A DNA stretch of 64,000 nt. It comes from Octopus vulgaris (Eukaryota). The translations under genes were made by a program, and so were the position numbers. The notes beneath the pieces were generated by a model that saw nothing but the letters and a program-made list of their open reading frames with translations, was not told where the DNA came from and searched no databases. The stretch is taken from assembly GCA_951406725.2 (NCBI GenBank), contig OX597816.1:140802001-140866000 (forward strand). The letters are read 5' to 3'. Positions 44,508-57,358 of the stretch are shown one piece after another. Positions within the stretch are counted from its first letter, which is position 1, and the number at the start of each line of letters is the position of its first letter.

Positions 44508-44609
44508 CCAACTAATTATCCGAATAATAACTTGTGGCCGTTGGAAGAATACCAGAGGGTCGAATGCAACACCAGCTTTGCCAGCACCATAAGCACCTCC
44601 ACTCGACAT
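44508..44609 (-). CDS. SYNGR: Synaptogyrin (MARVEL-domain vesicle protein), coding exon 1
   Basis: Translates MSSGGAYGAGKAGVAFDPLVFFQRPQVIIRIISW, matching the synaptogyrin N-terminal GGAYGAGKAG.FDP motif. It ends at a phase-0 GTATGT donor right after W, the exon-1 boundary recalled for vertebrate synaptogyrins. Confidence 0.92.
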
Positions 44610-45014
44610 CTTGGATTTGTTTCAATAACTACGCAAAACACTGTGACGTCAACAATTATGTGCAATAAATTAAGAACTCAAGCCGAGACGCAATACGTCA
44701 AAGTTAAAATTGTTTATTTTTTTTTTATTGTATTGAAAATTGATTATTTTTAAATATAAATTACATTTAGACAAATAATTTTAAAAAGTAAAGTAATATT
44801 TTATTCGGATGATTTCGCCTCAAGAGAAATGTTTGTGTTGCCACGTAATACTCGCATAGTTATGATGTAGTATTCATACTTGGCATACTATTCCCTCTTT
44901 AGCTTGTGTCGGTTTGGCACAAACTTCAGCCTGCTTCAAGGTTTCTTTATTACAAAAACACCATTAAAGTAGTTTTTTAAAAAATTGATTTGGCAGTTTT
45001 ATTAACTGTTGGCT
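44610..45014. promoter_or_regulatory. Bidirectional promoter/5'UTR interval between synaptogyrin and ZNF598
   Basis: Divergent ATGs lie 405 bp apart. A perfect palindromic CRE (TGACGTCA) is at 44644-44651. Confidence 0.75.
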
Positions 45015-45173
45015 ATGGAAGGGGAAGAAAATATTTGTGTTGTCTGCAGCGATGAGATAACCATTTTTGCTGTAGGTGTCTGCGATCATCCCATCTGCTA
45101 CAAGTGCTCCACACGACTGAGAGTCTTATGTATGGAGAATTACTGCCCCACATGTCGTTCAAATCTTCCTGAA
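45015..45173 (+). CDS. ZNF598: E3 ubiquitin ligase ZNF598/Hel2, exon 1 (RING finger)
   Basis: MEGEENICVVCSDEITIFAVGVCDHPICYKCSTRLRVLCMENYCPTCRSNLPE is a ZNF598-type C3HC4 RING. GTGAGT donor at 45174, phase 0. Confidence 0.93.
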
Positions 45174-47689
45174 GTGAGTTTTGTCATTACTTTCTCTTTT
45201 TGCAATCCTCCAATTTAGATTTCATTCCTATGGCACAACCTATCCCATTTCATTTTGGTTTATCGCCTGCATCTAACAAGGATTACATTCAAATTAAAGC
45301 AATCCTCCTGGTTCTTTACCGAAGCCACTTAACCGAAAACATTCATGACTATCAATAAAAAAACTCTTTATTTCTTTGGCCTATCATTAAGTTTATAACT
45401 TTAAGAAAGTTCACTGAAGTTATCTTTTAATCATATTTCATATAGATTAAAGAACAGTTTTACTTCCCTTTCCTGTAAAATTTTGTTTTTGTTTAATTGA
45501 AATTTAAAATGATTTCACTTTTATTTTTCATTATTTGAATTCAAAAAGGAACTCGTTAAAAATTTGAAATTGTCTCGTGAAAACTCCAAGTTTGTTTCTA
45601 TACGGCATTTGTCTTGTACATAGTTTGATAATTGTGTTGCTAGCATATTTTTTGTTAAGGGATCTGGGCGATTTTACTCCGTTTTATATAGATATTTTTA
45701 TTAATCAATACGATTACTATTCATAATTAGATATAAATTGCTTCTGAAATAATTTAGAAATATTTTAAATTATTTATGAGATAGAATCCTTACATAATTC
45801 CTTTCTCTTTGTAAGCAGTTTACTGTCTTTAACGAATGTGTTCGTAATCACGTATATGTATTATTAAACCCTGCCGAGGACTACTTAGTCTATTATCCTA
45901 CCTGTTTCGATAAAATAAAATACCAGTAAAATACTAGGGTTGATATATTCGACAGTTCCCTCTCACCAAATATCTGGTCTTGCGCCCACGTAAGAAAATA
46001 TTATTATTATTATTGCTATTGTGTGTACGTGGCTTGTACGTTATCACAAAAGACACTTTCACAATATTAAATGGTATGTCGCAATCAGGTGCTCTGGTTT
46101 CCATCCTCTTATATGTCATTGCTTTTCCATTTCGATAAGTCAATATATTTTTCTGAATTTTCAAATCCCCGTGAAATTTTTTATTATGTTAGTTTATAAC
46201 CCAGACGTGCAATATATTTTTGCTAAGTCCGTTTAAATATTTAGGACATTATCATTAGTTTTAATTATATTTCTGTTCTGTAACTTTAATGGTATAAACT
46301 TAATTATTAATGTCAGTAACGATTTCATATACTGTGACATGGCCACACATTTTAGGGAACGCAACACAGTCTATTAAATAAATCCAGTCTGGTACTCATT
46401 TTATTGACCCCATAAGGAGGAAAGGCAAGGTCAACTTCGGCGGGATTTAAACTCGGGCAGTAAAAGGATGTTACTAAATACGGTTAAGGCCTTCTATCTG
46501 GAGCTCTACGGTTACTGCTAAATTTAATATCAGATGTTATGTAAACGATATCATTAGATGTAATATGTGAATAATACAAAATCTAAGTAAACAATCTTTT
46601 AAAGCTGTAGAGTACATAGATAGTTTAATCTATAACGAATTGAATTGCTAGCCAGCATTGTGACATTTAAGAACTGTGTCTCGAAATATGTTGGACTTAT
46701 GAATTAGTTGAGAGTCGGAAGTGATTCAGAGATGGTGGCTCAACTCCTGCAGCAAACAAGCTTTGCATCATTTTCGTTAGATAAGGATTCTACAAGCTGC
46801 AAACTGAAGTATTGAATAATCTCTATACTACTTCAGATTTACCTATCAGGAAACTGAGCCCCAATTTATGGAGAAAGACATATGCATACACACCGGGGTT
46901 CTTAATATATGCACTCTTAAGTTTTCACTATAATGTAAATGAGAAAACGAAAGCAAATTATGGATAAACTCTGCCCTGCTTCAGATTTACTAGACAAGAA
47001 ATTGGGAACCGGTTTATTCGTGAAGATATATATACACAATAAAGTTCGCCGTACCGCACTCTTAAGGTGTCGCTATTACATTAAATGAAAGTGAAAGTAA
47101 ATGAAGGCTACGTAATTATTTTAACATGTATGGATTAGGTTTATAATAGTAAAAATTTCCGCAAATAACAATGTATCTCAAAATCACTGCGCCGCTGCTA
47201 CGTTCTTAAAGTTTCTTGATTATCCTTCCATTTGCTGTAGTATTCTTCTTTAAGCATTGTATGCTTTCGTCTTTGCACTGAATACTCTGCTAGTGTCCTT
47301 ATATTTACTATATTGCTGCGGAAAGAATGTCTTTGATGTCAAATTATGTGGATTTACTTCTATTTGACTTCAGTTGTCTTCACTTTTTTCACTAGCCTTG
47401 GCATCTTGTTTACACCACAGTCCCTAGTTACTGTCTATTGTCCATAATCACAGCTAGTAACTATGGTATTAAATATCCTTCTTGTCTGATTTTACAAACC
47501 CTAGTCACTAAACTGCCAGTCATACACTGGGTCTGATATAACTATCTGATTACTAGTTGTGATCGGTTTATCTGGTTTAAACAATACCTATTTGCTAGTT
47601 GTCTCTTACAAATAGGTATTGTTTCTAGTCCATCCAAGTTGTGTCCTTTGTTTCCAATCTCTAAGAAACATGTCTAACAATGGGGGAAA

Positions 47690-49010
47690 ACTTATCTTGT
47701 TTGGAAATAGATGAGAATTGGCAACAAGAAAGGATTCAGTCTTCAATTCACTATCTACTCTATGAAGAAATGGATGAGAGAAGGCAGCCCTGATTGATTC
47801 CTATGGTATTATTGAACCACCCTTATAAATACTGCCCTAGCTGTTGAATAATACCTTAGTTTCTGTTCCCATGTTGTTCTCATTAGGGACCATACAGCAT
47901 CATGCCAAACTCTTATCTAACACTTTTTTTAAATCTGCAAAGACAGTAAAGCCTTTTATTTTTTTGGTGGTGTTTCACACACAGGCTGAAGATCTGCTCA
48001 GTGGTTCTGCTACTTTTACAGAAGCCCTCTCGTTCCTCAGCTATATGTTCTTCCTAGATCTCAGTCTATTCAGATTATCTCAGCATTACTTAGCTTACAT
48101 AGCTGATCTTCAAGATGGTGTGATAATTCTGCCTTTCTTGAGAAGAATTATGATCAGTGACTGAGTCTATGGTGTTAGCCATTCACCAGTATGCCATATT
48201 TTATTGCAGGTTGCCATAAAAATGTCGTTTCTTTTCTGTGCTTTATCAGTTCAGCTGGGATGTTGTCAACTCCTATTGATTTTCCATCTTTCGGGAACCT
48301 TACTGCAGCTTTAACTTGATCTTGCATGATTAGGTAGTCATTGCCATACAAAGACTCCTGTATGCTGGCACACTTAGATCTTCACTGCTCTGGTAGCTCT
48401 GTAGAGTTCTGAGCTGTACTCTGCCCAGCTTTCTGTTTCCTTCTTCTTTTCCTTTTTTCTTTCTTTCTTTTTTTTTTTGTTCTGTAAGCTTTTTACTATA
48501 TTAGCTTATGATGGCAATTGCTGCTGGCTTATTTCTTTCTTTTGGGGAACTCTTTTACTAAATGGAATGCTTTTTTGTGTTGTTGCCAGGAGGTTACCTT
48601 CAATATCCTTTTGTTGTTCAGTTACCCATTTTTGTTCTGCTTCACTTGCTCATTTCTTAATTTCCTTGTTGATGTCATATATTTTGTTCTTTGTTCTTTT
48701 GTGTTGTTATCCTCCTTTAGTTTCCTCCTTTTGAAACACATGTCCAATATTTTGTTTATAACCTATAGTTTGGATTTGCAATGGCTTTTTGCCAGAATCT
48801 CACATAAAGTCATCTTCAAGGAGGAGCAGGGGTGAAAATTTTCCATCAGGTGTTGCTTGAAATTCTTCAGTGATAGGAGGGTCTTTAAGCTTAGTGAGGT
48901 CACATCTCAGCCAACAGTCCTTGAGTTCATTTATTCTTTTCAAGTACACTCTGAAGTTCATCATGACCTGATCATGGTCCCTACCTATGACATCTCTTAG
49001 GAATGTTCTT
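47690..49010 (-). mobile_element. Old RTE-like LINE fragment (endonuclease end to RT start)
   Basis: Minus strand gives RTFLRDVIGRDHDQVMMNFRV (SDH motif region) and KDGKSIGVDNIPAELIK (KSPG.D.IPAEL motif), with many disablements. Confidence 0.7.
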
Positions 49011-49099
49011 TTGTATATATGTGTATGTGTGTACAGTGCATTGTGAAAGTGATGTGTAAATTCTCATAGTCTGGCTGATCACGTTATACATACGGACAT

Positions 49100-49603
49100 G
49101 TGTGCGAAGACCTGTTGATGCAAGTGAAATCGAAATTGAACCAAATTCGATGACTGGCACCTGTACCAGTGCAGCGCTGACAGCTCCATCTGAGCAGGAT
49201 CACTGCCAGAGCAGCTGTCTGGCTTCTGTGCCGGTGGCATGTAAAAAGCACCATTTGAGCATGATCGTTACCAGCGTCACCTCACTGGTACTTGTGCTGG
49301 TGGCACGTGAACAAAACATTCAAGCGAGGCCATTGCCAGTTCTGCTGGACTGTCTCCTGTGCAAGTGGCATGTAAAAAACACCATTTGAGCGTGGCCGTT
49401 GCCAGTACCACCAGACTGGCCCTTGTACTGGTGGCATGTAAAAGCACCCACTATACTCTCAGAGTGGTTGGCGTTAGGAATGGCATCCAACTGTAGAAAC
49501 TCTGCCATATCAGATTGGAGTCTTAGTACAGCCATCTGGTTCGCCAGTCCTCAGTCAAATCGTCCAACTCATGCTACCATGGAAAGTGGATGTTAAATGA
49601 TGA

Positions 49604-49608
<5 letters not shown>
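49100..49608 (+). mobile_element. SINE (same family as 20851)
   Basis: Internal repeats GTGGCATGTAAAAAGCACC, then GTGGTTGGCGTTAGGAATGGCATCC...CATGGAAAGTGGATGTTAAA(TGA)n. Confidence 0.85.
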
Positions 49609-49640
<32 letters not shown>

Positions 49641-50038
49641 CACACACACACACATAATGCATCCAACTATAATTGGCTTCCTCAAAGTTAGTCAGTTCCA
49701 CTGACAAAGTATTGGTCAAGCAAAGGCTACAATAGAAGTCATTTGTCCAAGGTGCTATGCATTGATATTGAACCTAGAGCCAGATGGTTGTAAACCAAAC
49801 TCCTTTACCCTATTACTATGTATTTACATTACTGCTTGGTTAGTTGATTTCTGTAAAAAAATAACACATATTTTAAATAAAAAAATGAAATAATTTTATT
49901 CGCTAATTCCATTAATTTATCATATGACATCAATAATAGTATTAAATAATTGGTCATAGTACCAAATTGATATAGTTAACAAAAATGCACACTATATTTT
50001 GTTATTTCTCATATGTTTCAATCTTTTTCATATTGCAG

Positions 50039-50287
50039 GTCGCTTTTATACAAAAATTGGCAAAGTTTGAAGATATACCAAACAAAAACAAGATGTTGGT
50101 CAATTCACAGTTCAACCTACTTTTTGAAAATTCTGAGATAGAGAAACGGTTCAACCAGCTAATTGAGCATCGATGTCCGTCTTGCCTGCCTAATAAACAA
50201 ACGGAATATAAGTTTAGCATGCTTCGTTCACATCTTAGAAATGTACACAAACTTTATTATTGTGATCTGTGTGTGCAACATTTAAAA
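50039..50287 (+). CDS. ZNF598: ZNF598 exon 2
   Basis: Pyrimidine tract plus TTGCAG acceptor. Translates VAFIQKLAKF...HRCPSC...LRSHLRNVHKLYYCDLCVQHLK (zinc finger). GTATGA donor; 249 nt, phase 0-0. Confidence 0.9.
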
Positions 50288-51024
50288 GTATGACTCCTTT
50301 TATTCAAATCTTTCTTATTTATTTATTTATCAAAAGCAAAACTGATTCTAAATTATTTTGTATGGATTTTTCAAGACTTAGGAGAATGATCCTACTTTTG
50401 TAATATATATATAATACTTTTAGATGAATGTTTACTTGTTAATCTGTCTGCTTTTCTATAGTATTGTGGGTTAGCTGGGTCCACTATACAGTACCTTAAC
50501 ATCTATCTTAATCCAGTATTATTTTATGAAAAGCATAACAGTCTGACTATGTGTCCAAATCTTTCTTGGTCAACTATCTTAAATAACCCATGTCATCATC
50601 TTATGAGATTTCTTCACTCAGTATATGCTGTTTATTGATATTGTGTGAGCAACACATTGGAATATATTGATCAGTGGTTTTTATATTTATTCAACTTGTT
50701 TTTACTTGTTTAAGTCCAATGTGAAAATCTTCCCTGGTGTGCTTTTATTGTTAAAATTCTGCTGTCATGTAACATCACAAATAATAATAATATGGATGGA
50801 TCTTAGAGTGCAAAAACCCTTTAGTAACTGATGGAAGTAGCCATTTTAAACTTTAGACTCTATACTAGTGCTTCTCAAAATGAGTGGTGCTACTCCCAGA
50901 GGAACAATGAGAATATTTTATGTGGACACTGGGGACAAAAGAAACTGTTGGGCAGGAGGCAAATGGTATATCTATACAGTTTTTTTTGTGTGTGTTTATC
51001 TCCATATTTTATATATGAACACTA

Positions 51025-51382
51025 AGAGCACCATCCATGTGTGATCGTTGCCAGAGCAACAAACTGGCTTCCGTGCCAGCGGCATGTAAAAAGCACCATT
51101 TGGGCATTACAGTTACCAGTGTCACCTTACTGGCACTTGTGCTGGTGGGGCATGTAAAAACATTCGAGCGAGGTTGTTGCCAGTGCTACTGGACTGGTTC
51201 CTGTGCAGGTGGCATGTAAAAGCACCCACTACACTCGGAGTGGTTGGCATTAGGAAGGGCATCCAGCTGTAGAAACTCTGCCAGATCACATTGGAGCCTG
51301 GTGCAGCCATCTGGTTCACCAGTCCTCAGTCAAATCATCCAACCCATGCTAGCATGGAAAGCAGCCGTTAAACGATGATGAT
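51025..51382 (+). mobile_element. SINE (same family as 20851)
   Basis: Same blocks as 49100-49608, ending CATGCTAGCATGGAAAGCAGCCGTTAAACGATGATG. Confidence 0.85.
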
Positions 51383-51433
51383 ATATATATATTGTGATTC
51401 AGGTAAACAAGCAATTTATCATAATTTTAAAAA

Positions 51434-51476
<43 letters not shown>

Positions 51477-52174
51477 AAAAAAAATTATGATAAATTGCTT
51501 GTTTACCTGAATCACAATACTGACACAAGCTATAATAATGACAATATCAACAATAATAATAAACTGTGAAATATGCATAAGTAATAAACAAAATTGAATA
51601 TATGTAATGTATACATGTAAATTAAAAACAATAAACTAAAATACTATTTTCAAATCATTGTTAAAATTTGTGGGTAATTCCATACATGCAGTAGAGATGG
51701 CCACCACGCCTGTAGTATTAGATAATATCCTAAATTTGGTATGGATATGTATGTGCTTGAATTTTGTCACTGCTAGCTACAAGTGCCATCTGTTAATCTC
51801 ATAATCTGCTCACATGTATTAAACAGACATGTGTAAACTTGGCAATTTAAATGTAAACAGAGAAATCAATATTTGTGTGAGCATTGAGAAAATTGAACTA
51901 TAAATCAGAATATAAAGATAACTTTTAACTGGTAGCTATGAGGGTGTATATATGAAGCAGAAAGAATATATTATTGACTTTGGCTGAAACAACACTCTGA
52001 AGCTTGGGTCAGTAATTGAAGTCAAGTACTGATGCATCAAATATTTACTTGTAGTGGGATGGTGATGTGGTAAGTTATCCCTCTCTTAAACTAGTATCCA
52101 GAACCAAATTACTCTGGCTTGATATTATATATATGTATATTAAAAATGGTGAAGGAAGGTCATTGAAAAAAAGG

Positions 52175-52585
52175 GGATCTTTTCAGTTTGAACGGCAGTT
52201 TTTTCTAGTGGTGTCATACGAAATTTTCACCCATAATTATGACCCTAGTATCGATCTGTTGCATTTCAATCTGTTTTAGGGTTAGGGGTGGGGGGAAGGG
52301 TGTCTTTTTTTCTTCAGAAATGTAAATAAACCCAATCTGTTTCTTAAACGAGGGACATATTCATATGGCACAAAATGTTTTCACTTCAATAGACGTCATT
52401 GATTGGTTGAAATTGCAGAAATTGAAGAAAAAAAACAACAAATATCTTACAAACTATAGAATTTTCTCAATAAAGCCAAGAGAAAAATATGTTTTATAAA
52501 CACATTCTACCAGTATACGAAGTTTCAAAGTGCTTAGTTACCAGGAAATTATTTTAAAAAACTGCCGTTCAAACTGTAAAGATCC
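52175..52585. mobile_element. MITE with 30-bp TIRs and 8-bp TSD (Merlin-like)
   Basis: AAAAAAGG|GGATCTTTTCAGTTTGAACGGCAGTTTTTT...AAAAAACTGCCGTTCAAACTGTAAAGATCC|AAAAAAGG. Confidence 0.88.
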
Positions 52586-55500
52586 AAAAAAGGTGTTAGT
52601 AAAAGAACAGGGATGATAGTTTAAAAAGTTTGAGAAGCACTGCTCCAAGTTATTGTTATCTTTAATTCTAGAAGTCATTGTGTCCTTAAGTACTTTTATA
52701 ATGAGCTACCTTTTGGTTAGCTCATTATAAAAGCTCTTCAGTTTTCAATTTTATTCAAATGCATGTAAAACTCTCAACTTTTTGTTCTCTGACAGTTTAT
52801 TCAAGGTGTCACTTCATCCTTTATATACTAGCAGTATAATATTGCATTGTTGCCTGCTTATATCCCTTGAATAAATCTAAACCATTTCTATAAAACCCTC
52901 ATCCTTTTGGTGTTATCTTCAAGGAATGAAGACTACTGAAAAATACTGTTAAACATCTACTTTTATTTTAATCTTCTCACTGAGGACATTGACTCTTCTG
53001 TGCATTCCAGCAATACATAGTTTTCCCATTAACTCCTGGATGAAAGAAAGCGAGTTTACATTGAAAGTTGTTTTTATATCCATGAATGCTTGAGTTCCTT
53101 CTGGAATATTCTCTCTAAAATGCTATATCTATATTTGTAGCAGATGATCAGAGTTCTGCAATAGTAATCAATAGAATATACTCTTTGTATAGAACTTGAT
53201 AAGCAAAGCATGTTATTAACATGGAAAGCTTTCAACATCTTGTTCACTATCTCAGAGTTCTTCTCTACATTTTTTTTCTTATTTCAAAGACGTTTTCTTT
53301 ATTCACAGGTTTCTCTGTTGGCTATTTGTACTCATTATTTGGTAATCTATCATAGTCAGATTGTCACTGTGAGTTAGGTATTTTCATACCATTTGGACAT
53401 CCCTTTTTTCATTCTGTTAAACAGATATACTGTTTTGTTATTCAAAGCACTTTCTCATTCTGTCATCAAAACATTAATTTCAAATACTGGTACAAAGTCA
53501 CACATTTTGGTGGGAGAGTGTACTTTATTTTATTGATTCTAGAGATGAAAGCAAAGTTGACTTCCATAGAATTCAGAAAGTAGAGTGCATTAACTAAGTA
53601 TCATGTCATTTTGTTCAGTTTTCTATTGAATCTGCTTATTTCATTAATAAAATATTGGTAGTTTGTACTGTGTACCAATTCCACTTTTGTTTTTTACAGT
53701 CAGCTCCATAATGTTGCACTGTCACCTTGCTACTTAGATCTGTGTACCTCTTCTGTGACTATAGAGCTATTTGAATTCTTACAAAAAACTGTTCATTTAC
53801 AATTGTTCAGCTGTTTTCCTCATTGAATTCTTTATCTGTCCCTTTTTCATATAAACATCTGTCAGTGTGAAGACTAGTCATTATTGAAATATTTTAGCAT
53901 CAGGAAAATTTGCTTCATCCACTACAACTTGTAAAGTGGTGGTAATAGGAAAGACATTCAAACATAAAAACAGTGCTAAAAATAAAATCTATGAATGACA
54001 CTAGACTCTGCACACCCAAACATAAGTTATCTTACTGTACAATAACTTTGAATAAGAGTCAATACAGAGCAGAGGGGACTCCTTAGTCCTCTCATATAGC
54101 ACAACACTCTCTAGGTCTTCTAACATAATAAAATGTATCTAGTCCACTATAAGATAAACATAATAATAAAGTTGACTGTTACACTGTGTGTACCTGCATA
54201 GAAAAGTGGACCTAAAATGATAATGGGGTCAAATTTTCACCTTGAGTCTTCACATCCTGGTAACACTTGGGAAAATTTAGCTGCTTATCGTCATTGCATT
54301 CCTGGGCTTCAAGGTTTGTTTTGATTTTACGCATCACCAGTCATTGTTGGGTGTCATATAAGCAAATATTTGTCAGCTTGTGACACTAACCAAAATTAGA
54401 GTAGAGTTGAGGAGACATATTTGACATAAAATGGGATGTTTAGCAGAGTTCCAATTATATAAATGACTAAGTGTTATCCACATATCTTTGTTGTCGTTTA
54501 ACACTGGTCAGTCTTAATGAAGCAGACCTGACCTATGCTGTGTAAGCATAATTAGCCATATAACTATGATCCACAGATCCAGTACCGCAGATATACTATG
54601 CCTCCAACTTTTTTGAAGATCATTCATAAATTTGAACAGACTGTTTTGAGTAATGTAGCCTTTTGGGCATATTGTACTTACATCACCCTCCGGTTTGTCC
54701 TGGTTACTTGGTCAGAGCACAAATAGATGCTGTCCCTCTGTACTTTGAGATACTCACAACCAGAGTTAATTATAACTCTGGTTATATCTCAAAGTAGTCT
54801 TCAGTGCTAATTATGGTATTGATGCTTCTCTTGTTTTTGTTTGTACTGTGTGTGTTTTTTTTTATGCAGATTGAGTTTGAAAGTTTATGTTCATTCTTAG
54901 GATGACATTGTTGTGATCATTCAAATTGCTAGAATTAGCAGCCATATTTCTTTTAGTCTATCTTTACTGTGTTGAAATATTCCACATAAATGGACTGAAT
55001 AACCATGGATGGAACATTGGTTGAATGATTACAAAAATCCCCTATTCTTGTTGTTGATTACAATTGAGTGAATCTAGGTAAGGTTATAGCGAATACATAC
55101 CTTAATTATGATGATGGTGCTCTCTCATGCCTGTCTCTTTCCAATTTCCAGATATATTAGATGATTGAATACTTTGAGGCAAGTTAACCTGAAAGTAAAA
55201 ACATTCAAAGGCAAGGTCTTATCAGCTGGTTTTACAACTGGGTTAAAGTGGGTTTCTTTATTTGGGCTTTTCTTGCCTATTGACTGATCTGTCCAACAAT
55301 ATAACTGAGAAGTACATTAACTTAACTCCTACTGCTTTTGAGATTGTTGCTTGATCTCTAGGAAATCAAACTTTGCATAATGATTTATGTGATGCCACTA
55401 CTATTTGTATCTAACACCCACTAGTCCTATTGGTTTGGTCATTCTTATCAACATTCTCCAGAAATGAAATTGTTTTAAGTATTAGATGAATGCTGATGCA

Positions 55501-55926
55501 AATACAATTCACTTCTCAATTCCTTATCCTCTTGATTGGCTTTTTAATAAAGTCATTGCTTTTAAACTGTGTTGAGTAGCACCTCTCTCTTTCATTCACT
55601 TTTTAACTCTCTCCGTCCATATTTCCTGGTTGTTGATTCACAATACATTGTATAGTCCCAGATTTATTTATTCCTCGCTTATTATTTTGGTTACAACCTT
55701 CTGGTATGGATTTTTAAGATATCTGCTACAATGCCAATATCCTTTAATGAAATGTCTGGATGTGGTTTTCATTGAGATTTCATAGAATTGTTAATCCTTT
55801 TCGTGAAGTTAACTTATTGATATTAAACTATCAAGCATAATAGCATGCATACATTTTTGCACTTCTACTTGGGAAATGGATAATGACATTCTATACTAGC
55901 TCAGTGGTTGGAGCATCTATACTATA

Positions 55927-56255
55927 TAGCTCAGTGGTTAGAGCGTCGAGCTTACAATCATGAGGTTGTGAGCTCGACTCCCAGACTGGGCTGCGTATTG
56001 TGTTCTTGAGCAAGACACTTTATTTCACGTTGCTCCAGTTCACTCAGCTGTAGAAATGAGTTGCAACGTCACAGGTGTCAAGCTGTATCGGCCTTTGCCT
56101 TTCCCTTGGATAACACTGATAGCGTGGAGAGGGGAGGTCGGTATGAATGGGCAACTGCTGGTCTTCCATAAACAACCTTGCCTGGACTTGTGCCTGGGAG
56201 GGTAACTTTCTAGGTGCAATCCCATGGTCTGTGTTGTGACCGAAGGGGGTCTCAG
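55927..56255 (+). mobile_element. tRNA-derived SINE
   Basis: Head TAGCTCAGTGGTTAGAGCG...GAGCTCGACTCCC (A/B boxes), followed by a body shared with 56736-57070. Confidence 0.85.
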
Positions 56256-56412
56256 ACTAGACATATCAGTGTGAAGAGGTATTAATGATGTCCAATTAAT
56301 TGTAACCCTTTGGATTATTTAACTATTTTTGCCATGTGTATTTTAATATTTAGTTCCATTTATTGCCTTATGCTAACTCAGTGTTAAATTATCATTTTAA
56401 TTTATTTTGTAG

Positions 56413-56627
56413 ATCTTTACATCAGAAAGAAAGCTTTACACTCAAGCTGAACTTGCTCATCATCGTAGTGTAGGGGATCCCGATGATTCTTCCTATCGAG
56501 GTCATCCACTATGTCAGTTTTGTCAAAAGCGTTACATGGATATTGATGATCTCTATCGGCATTTGCGTAAAGATCACTTGTTCTGCCATTTTTGTGATGC
56601 AGACAACATCTCTAATCAATACTACGA
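56413..56627 (+). CDS. ZNF598: ZNF598 exon 3
   Basis: TTTGTAG acceptor. Translates IFTSERKLYTQAELAHHRSVGDPDDSSYRGHPLCQFCQKRYMDIDDLYRHLRKDHLFCHFCDADNISNQYY, including the hallmark GDPDD.S.RGHPLC.FC motif. GTAAGT donor, phase 0-2. Absent from the ORF track. Confidence 0.94.
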
Positions 56628-56735
56628 GTAAGTCTATTATTATTTTGATTTCAATTTGATTTTTCCAATGTTATTGAGCTTTCAAGTAAGTACCTTATTT
56701 TTTGATAAGATCCTTAATTTATGTCCTAACGAAAG

Positions 56736-57070
56736 TGCGTAACTCAGTAGTTAGTGTCAGGCTCACAACCATGAGGTTGTGTGTTCGATTCCTGGACTGG
56801 GCTGTGTGTTGTGTTTGTTGAGCAACACATTTTATTTCACGTTACTCCTGTTCACTCAGTTGTAGAACTGAGTTGTGACATTGCTGGTGCCAAGCTGTAT
56901 CGGCCTTTGCTTTTCCCTTGGATAACATCAGTGTTGTGGAGAGAGGAGGCTGGTATGTATGTGCGACTGCTGGTCTTCCATAAACAACCTTGCCTGGATT
57001 GATGCCTTAGAGTGTAACTTTCTAGGTGCAATCCTATGGTCATTCAAGACCAAAGAGGGTCTTTACCCTT
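56736..57070 (+). mobile_element. tRNA-derived SINE (second copy)
   Basis: B box GTTCGATTCC; colinear with 55927-56255. Confidence 0.85.
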
Positions 57071-57358
57071 TTAATGTAGCCTGTCATCAAAAGTAAATGT
57101 CAAATTTATAAATGTCCTTATGGTATTAGTTGATATTAAGGACAGCAATATCTGCATTGACAGGGTATGGGCAAGGTGTGATTGTCTTAATTTGACTGAG
57201 GTGTGAAGGTGAGCAGGAATGAGAGAAAAACTAACAACCAAAATGGATAAATGAATGTTGAGGTGGTTTGGCTACATGGAGGAGATGAATGAGGAGCAGA
57301 TGGTAAGGAGTGTGATGAAGGCAGAAGTGGCAGGCAACAGAACCAGAGGCAGACCTCA

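Noticed and set aside
55927-55995. tRNA-Val-like gene
   Set aside because: No proper acceptor stem or terminator, and it continues into a SINE body present twice; it is a SINE head.
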